From the NCBI GenBank assembly GCA_963642325.1, contig CAVIGE010000004.1:9057-73056 (forward strand): DNA of 64,000 bases, given 5' to 3'. Below, one piece after another: positions 59,703 to 64,000 of the stretch. The position numbers and the translations under genes are program-made. Origin of the DNA: Prevotella sp. CAG:279 (GTDB lineage: Bacteria > Bacillota > Clostridia > Lachnospirales > Lachnospiraceae). Positions within the stretch are counted from its first letter, which is position 1. Every line of letters begins with the position of its first letter. The notes under the pieces are model-generated. The model saw only the letters and a program-made list of their open reading frames with translations. It was not told the origin of the DNA and did not search any database.

Positions 59703-60446
59703 ATGCTGACGGAGCAGAGATATGAGATCATCCTCGATCTTCTAAGAGAAAAAAACAGCGTTACAGTGACAGAACTTAAGGATATTCTGGATGCATCGGA
59801 ATCTACGGTCCGGAGAGATATTACGGCACTTTATAAAGCGGGAAAGCTTACCAGGGTTTTCGGCGGCGCAGTAGCACTGGAACATACCGTCAATGCCTAT
59901 GAGCCTACCGTAGCCCAGAAGGTTGAACTGAATATCGAAGAAAAAAAGAAGATCGCGGCTTATGCGGCAGCTCTGATAGAGCCGGAGGATTTTGTATATC
60001 TGGATGCGGGAACTACCACAGGATATATGCTGGAACATCTTGACGGTTCCAGGGCAACATTTGTTACCAACGGTGTATTCCACGCAAGAGCACTGGCCCG
60101 GATGGGAATCCGGGTGCTGCTGATCGGCGGCGAGCTGAAGGGTTCCACAGAGGCTGTGATCGGGAGCCAGGCCATGCAGATGCTGAAGAATTATCATTTT
60201 ACCAAAGGTTTTTTCGGAACAAACGGAATGACCAAGAGAGAGGGTTTTACCACGCCAGAGGCCAATGAAGCCCTCGTAAAGCGAACAGCCATGGAGCAGT
60301 GTCTGGACAGGTATGTAGTATCAGACAGCTCCAAGTTCGGACAGATCAGTGCAGTGACGTTTTTTTCTTTTGACGGGGCGGTTATTCTCACGGAAACCTG
60401 TTCAAAAGAATATAAAGGATGCAGAAATATCCAGATTGTATCATAA
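59703..60446 (+). CDS. fruR: DeoR-family fructose operon repressor
   Basis: SESTVRRD, YLDAGTTT, DSSKFG. Confidence 0.88.
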   Translation: MLTEQRYEIILDLLREKNSVTVTELKDILDASESTVRRDITALYKAGKLTRVFGGAVALEHTVNAYEPTVAQKVELNIEEKKKIAAYAAALIEPEDFVYLDAGTTTGYMLEHLDGSRATFVTNGVFHARALARMGIRVLLIGGELKGSTEAVIGSQAMQMLKNYHFTKGFFGTNGMTKREGFTTPEANEALVKRTAMEQCLDRYVVSDSSKFGQISAVTFFSFDGAVILTETCSKEYKGCRNIQIVS

Positions 60447-60480
60447 ACAGGAAGCAACGGTTCGGGAAGGGGGAAAGCTT

Positions 60481-61185
60481 ATGAAGGTAATTGCAAGGAT
60501 CAGGAGTGATTTTCCGACAAAATTCGGGATTCCCCGTCAGAGTGGACGGGTGGAAGGGCTGAAAGCCAGGATCATTTTTGAACCGGAATACCGAGTACGT
60601 GAGGCTGTAAAAGGGCTGGAGGATTTTTCGCACATCTGGCTGATCTGGGAATTTTCACAGGCCATACGCGAAAAATGGTCTCCCACAGTGCGGCCGCCAC
60701 GCCTTGGCGGGAATGAGAGGATGGGCGTATTTGCGACCAGATCTCCGTTCCGCCCGAATCCGATCGGCCTTTCCTGTGTGAAGCTGGAGCAGATCGATCT
60801 GGAGAGTAAAGAAGGGCCGGTCCTGGTTGTGTCAGGAGCAGACCTTATGGACGGCACGCCCATTTTTGACATTAAGCCGTATATCCCGGCAGCAGACTGC
60901 CATACGGAAGCTCTGGGAGGATTTGCGGAAAAAGTAGGTCAGAATTTCCTGGAAGTGGAAATTCCGGAAAAGTGGGCGGCCATGATCCCCAAGGAGAAGC
61001 TTCCGGCTTTAAAAGGGGTTCTCCGGGAAGATCCAAGGCCGGCGTATCAGAAGGATGCAAAGCGGATTTATGGGATGCCCTTTGCCGGGCTGGATATTCA
61101 TTTTCAGGTGAAGGACGGAGTGCTTTTGGTATGCGGTGTTACAGAATATAAAAGAGCAGGTGGCAGAAAATCGGACAAAATTTAA
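60481..61185 (+). CDS. trmO: tRNA (N6-threonylcarbamoyladenosine37-N6)-methyltransferase TrmO/TsaA
   Basis: KFGIPRQ, VRPPRLGG, GVFATRSPFRPN, DGTPIFDIKPY, DPRPAY. Confidence 0.92.
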   Translation: MKVIARIRSDFPTKFGIPRQSGRVEGLKARIIFEPEYRVREAVKGLEDFSHIWLIWEFSQAIREKWSPTVRPPRLGGNERMGVFATRSPFRPNPIGLSCVKLEQIDLESKEGPVLVVSGADLMDGTPIFDIKPYIPAADCHTEALGGFAEKVGQNFLEVEIPEKWAAMIPKEKLPALKGVLREDPRPAYQKDAKRIYGMPFAGLDIHFQVKDGVLLVCGVTEYKRAGGRKSDKI

Positions 61186-61193
61186 AATTACCT

Positions 61194-61282
61194 TTGACAA
61201 ACTTTTTGAGGCATGGTATTATAATAAAAGAGTTAGCATTTGCTAACTCAATATTTTAAATCGTAAGTTAGCTTGAAATAAC
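61194..61282 (+). promoter_or_regulatory. Promoter with tandem GTTAG-N6-CTAAC (DtxR-like) boxes
   Basis: TTGACA-17-TATTAT; GAGTTAGCATTTGCTAACTC at 61230-61249; second degenerate box at 61267-61282. Confidence 0.65.
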
Positions 61283-61318
61283 CATATAAAAAGTTCAGAG
61301 ATCAAAGGAGAGTGAATT

Positions 61319-61600
61319 ATGAGCGTTGTAATCGTAGGCGGTAATGAGAGAATGGTATGTCAGTATGAGGATATCTGTAAAGGTTTCGGATGTAAGGCGA
61401 AGGTTTTTGCAAAAGAAAAGGGAGCCATGAAGAAAAAGATCGGTGTACCGGATCTGATGATCCTTTTTACAAGCACAGTTTCACACAAGATGGTCAACTG
61501 TGCAGTAGAAGAAGCGAAGAAAAAATCCATCCCTGTATGCCGCTGCCATACAAGCAGTGCCGCAGCTCTTGAGAATATTCTGAAACAGTACTGTGCATAA
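61319..61600 (+). CDS. DUF2325 domain protein
   Basis: MSVVIVGG, DLMILFTSTVSH, HTSS. Confidence 0.85.
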   Translation: MSVVIVGGNERMVCQYEDICKGFGCKAKVFAKEKGAMKKKIGVPDLMILFTSTVSHKMVNCAVEEAKKKSIPVCRCHTSSAAALENILKQYCA

Positions 61601-61781
61601 GAAACCGTGTTGCGATATCTTTTCTCTTGTATAATTTGACTTTTTTGCAGAAATATGACGGAAAGACTTGAAAAATTATGAGTTTTTCAATAAAATAGCC
61701 GTAGGTTTCTGTGGTAAAGTGTTGCAGTGAATCGTGAAAGGGCAGCACTGGAAGTCGAAATTACAGGTGAGAGGTGTTATC

Positions 61782-63101
61782 ATGAAAAAAGTTGTGAAAT
61801 TCGGTGGAAGTTCTCTTGCAAATGCAGAGCAGTTTCAGAAGGTTGGCGATATCATCCGCAGCGATGAGAGCCGCCGATATGTTGTTCCGTCAGCTCCTGG
61901 AAAGAGATTTGACGATGATATTAAAGTGACAGATATGCTTTACGGATGTTATGATGCAGCATCCAGAGGCGAAGATATTTCAGGGAAGCTTAATGCGATC
62001 AAAGAGAGATATTATGAGATCATCAAAGGTCTTGGCCTGACACTTTCCCTTGAGGAGGAGTTTGGTAAGATTGAGGAGGATTTCCGTGCACAGGCAGGAA
62101 TCCAGTATGCGGCATCCAGGGGAGAGTTCTTAAATGGCAAGATCATGGCGGCATATCTTGGATATGATTTTGTGGATGCAGCATCCGTGATCCGTTTCGA
62201 TAAGAATGGTAATCTGGAAGCGGAGGAGACGAATAAGCTCCTTTCCAAAAAACTCAGTAAATGCCAGAATGCAGTAATCCCAGGCTTCTACGGCGCATGT
62301 GCAGATGGTACAGTTAAGACATTTTCCAGAGGTGGTTCTGACGTAACAGGCTCCCTTGTTGCAAAAGCGATCCATGCAGATATTTACGAGAACTGGACAG
62401 ATGTTTCCGGCTTCCTTGTAACAGATCCGCGTATCGTAAATAATCCGGAGCCGATCGAGGCGATCACCTACAGAGAACTCCGTGAGCTTTCCTATATGGG
62501 AGCTACTGTTCTTCATGAGGATGCGATCTTCCCTGTCCGCAAAGAGGGAATCCCGATCAACATCCGTAATACAAACAGACCGGAAGATAAGGGTACTCTT
62601 ATTGTAGAGAGCACCTGCAAGAAGCCGAAGTTTACGATCACAGGTATTGCAGGTAAGAAAGGTTTCTGCTCCATTAATATTGAGAAATCCATGATGAACA
62701 GCGAGATCGGCTTTGGCCGGAAGGTTCTTCAGGTGTTTGAGGATCAGGGCATCAGCTTTGAGCATGTGCCGTCCGGGATTGATACAATGACAGTATATGT
62801 TCACCAGGATGAATTCGAGGAGAAAGAGCAGCAGGTTATCGCAGGCATCCATCGCCTGGTGCAGCCTGACTTCGTTGAGATGGAGTCCGATCTTGCATTG
62901 ATCGCAGTTGTAGGACGTGGAATGAAATCCCAGAGAGGTACAGCGGGAAGGATTTTCTCCGCGCTTGCCCACGCCAACGTAAATGTAAAAATGATCGACC
63001 AGGGTTCCAGTGAGCTGAATATCATCATCGGTGTGGAAAACCGTGACTTTGAGAAGGCTGTCAGGGCAATCTATGATATTTTTGTCCTGACACGGATCTG
63101 A
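61782..63101 (+). CDS. Aspartate kinase
   Basis: VVKFGGSSLA, VPSAPGK, FSRGGSDVTG, WTDVSG; ACT domains. Confidence 0.94.
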   Translation: MKKVVKFGGSSLANAEQFQKVGDIIRSDESRRYVVPSAPGKRFDDDIKVTDMLYGCYDAASRGEDISGKLNAIKERYYEIIKGLGLTLSLEEEFGKIEEDFRAQAGIQYAASRGEFLNGKIMAAYLGYDFVDAASVIRFDKNGNLEAEETNKLLSKKLSKCQNAVIPGFYGACADGTVKTFSRGGSDVTGSLVAKAIHADIYENWTDVSGFLVTDPRIVNNPEPIEAITYRELRELSYMGATVLHEDAIFPVRKEGIPINIRNTNRPEDKGTLIVESTCKKPKFTITGIAGKKGFCSINIEKSMMNSEIGFGRKVLQVFEDQGISFEHVPSGIDTMTVYVHQDEFEEKEQQVIAGIHRLVQPDFVEMESDLALIAVVGRGMKSQRGTAGRIFSALAHANVNVKMIDQGSSELNIIIGVENRDFEKAVRAIYDIFVLTRI

Positions 63102-63146
63102 AAAAAGGATAGCAGCTTCTGACCGTGAGAAAACAGTGAAGCGGAT

Positions 63147-63192
63147 CCGCTGTAGAGCATATGGAAATATAAGCCCTGCAGCGGATTTTTTA
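63147..63192 (+). terminator. Intrinsic terminator
   Basis: ATCCGCTGTAG...CTGCAGCGGAT then T tract. Confidence 0.7.
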
Positions 63193-63369
63193 TACTGTTT
63201 TTTCCAAAAAAAATCCAAATAAATATGACAGAATTCCTAAAATAAAAACAAAAAATATTATACATTGTGTCGAAAAATATCTGACACGAAATAAACAGTA
63301 TTGACAAAAACTTATCTTTTGTGTAAAAATATCACATACCAATTACTTCAGAAAGGCAGGCGATTAACG

Positions 63370-63591
63370 ATGGAGCAGCAGATCAAACTGGACGAGAAGA
63401 GTGCTCAGGAGTTTGTCAGTGCAGCCAGCAAATGCGATTTTGATATTGATGTGTTCTATAATCGTATCATTATTGATGCAAAGTCGATCCTGGGACTTCT
63501 CAGCCTGGATCTGACACAGACACTGACAGTGAAATGCTATGGCGAGGACGAGGATTTTAAACGGGTTCTTTCCAAGTATGCAGTGGGATGA
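63370..63591 (+). CDS. HPr-family protein lacking His15 (Crh-like)
   Basis: IDAKSILG Ser46 motif; no GLHARP motif. Confidence 0.82.
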   Translation: MEQQIKLDEKSAQEFVSAASKCDFDIDVFYNRIIIDAKSILGLLSLDLTQTLTVKCYGEDEDFKRVLSKYAVG

Positions 63592-63687
63592 GGACAGTAT
63601 GAATAAAGAAGAACGATAATAAAAGGGCGCAGTTCACGAAAGAAAAAGCAGAACATGCGTCTTTTTTCGTTGTCAGGTGGAGAGTTA

Positions 63688-64000
63688 ATGGATAAAGAAA
63701 ATGTTCGGATTTCTGTGAGAAATCTGGTGGAATTCATACTTAGAAGCGGAGATCTGGACAACAGCCAGAGTTCCGGGGATAAAGAAGCCATGCAAAAGGG
63801 CGGCAGGCTCCACCGAAAGCTCCAGAGAAGCATGAAGGGAGATTACAAGCCGGAGGTCTCCCTGAAAAGAGAAAGTGAATATGAGGATGTGGTCATCCAG
63901 GTGGAAGGCCGTGCTGACGGGATTTTTACGGAAGAGGGACAGGTCTTTGTTGATGAGATCAAGGGAACCTACGGAAATGTGCAGGTTATGGAAGCACCGG
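63688..64000 (+). CDS. N-terminus of PD-(D/E)XK nuclease-DinG/Rad3-type helicase (truncated by window end)
   Basis: ISVRNLVEFILRSGD, GGRLH, EGRADG, DEIK; open to the window edge; helicase part inferred from family knowledge. Confidence 0.75.
   Translation, partial: MDKENVRISVRNLVEFILRSGDLDNSQSSGDKEAMQKGGRLHRKLQRSMKGDYKPEVSLKRESEYEDVVIQVEGRADGIFTEEGQVFVDEIKGTYGNVQVMEAP

Noticed and set aside
61601..61781. Possible lysine riboswitch or T-box before aspartokinase
   Set aside because: No conserved riboswitch/T-box motifs and no terminator; only an AT-rich IR (TTGAAAAA-N7-TTTTTCAA) of uncertain meaning.

Overview
Chromosomal window from a Lachnospiraceae-type Firmicute. Blautia-like is my inference from gene content and repeat style. 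It is mostly core metabolism (eno, rlmD, glgX, ppk2, sigG, nrdR, gdhA, gltA, aroK, efp, ssrA/tmRNA, ftsW-family, acpP, pabABC, fructose PTS operon, aspartokinase) with two carbohydrate islands. (1) A ~17 kb myo-inositol catabolic cluster (iolC-D-B, Fe-ADH, binding protein, GPH symporter, two-component system, two paralogous LacI regulators, iolG-E-J) has no iolA and has an iron-containing alcohol dehydrogenase instead, suggesting reduction of malonate semialdehyde to 3-hydroxypropionate. (2) A fucosyl-oligosaccharide locus (GH95 + GH29 fucosidases, ABC importer, split two-component system) has a readable direct-repeat activator site. I found no integrase, transposase, prophage or CRISPR array. 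The most unexpected signal is a set of short (~25-47 bp) dispersed palindromic elements with GTTAC/GTAAC ends. Several are flanked by ~8-bp direct repeats, and one appears to have inserted into and rewritten the 3' end of larC. Other notable items: an HcpR-type box driving a ferredoxin / rhodanese-TtcA pair with no hcp, an orphan eutJ coupled to glgX, a terminator-like hairpin abutting the pabA RBS, and two HPr paralogs with complementary loss of His15 and Ser46. Where the RBS supported it, I moved start codons from the ORF track. All functional calls come from motif recognition by eye, not from database searches.
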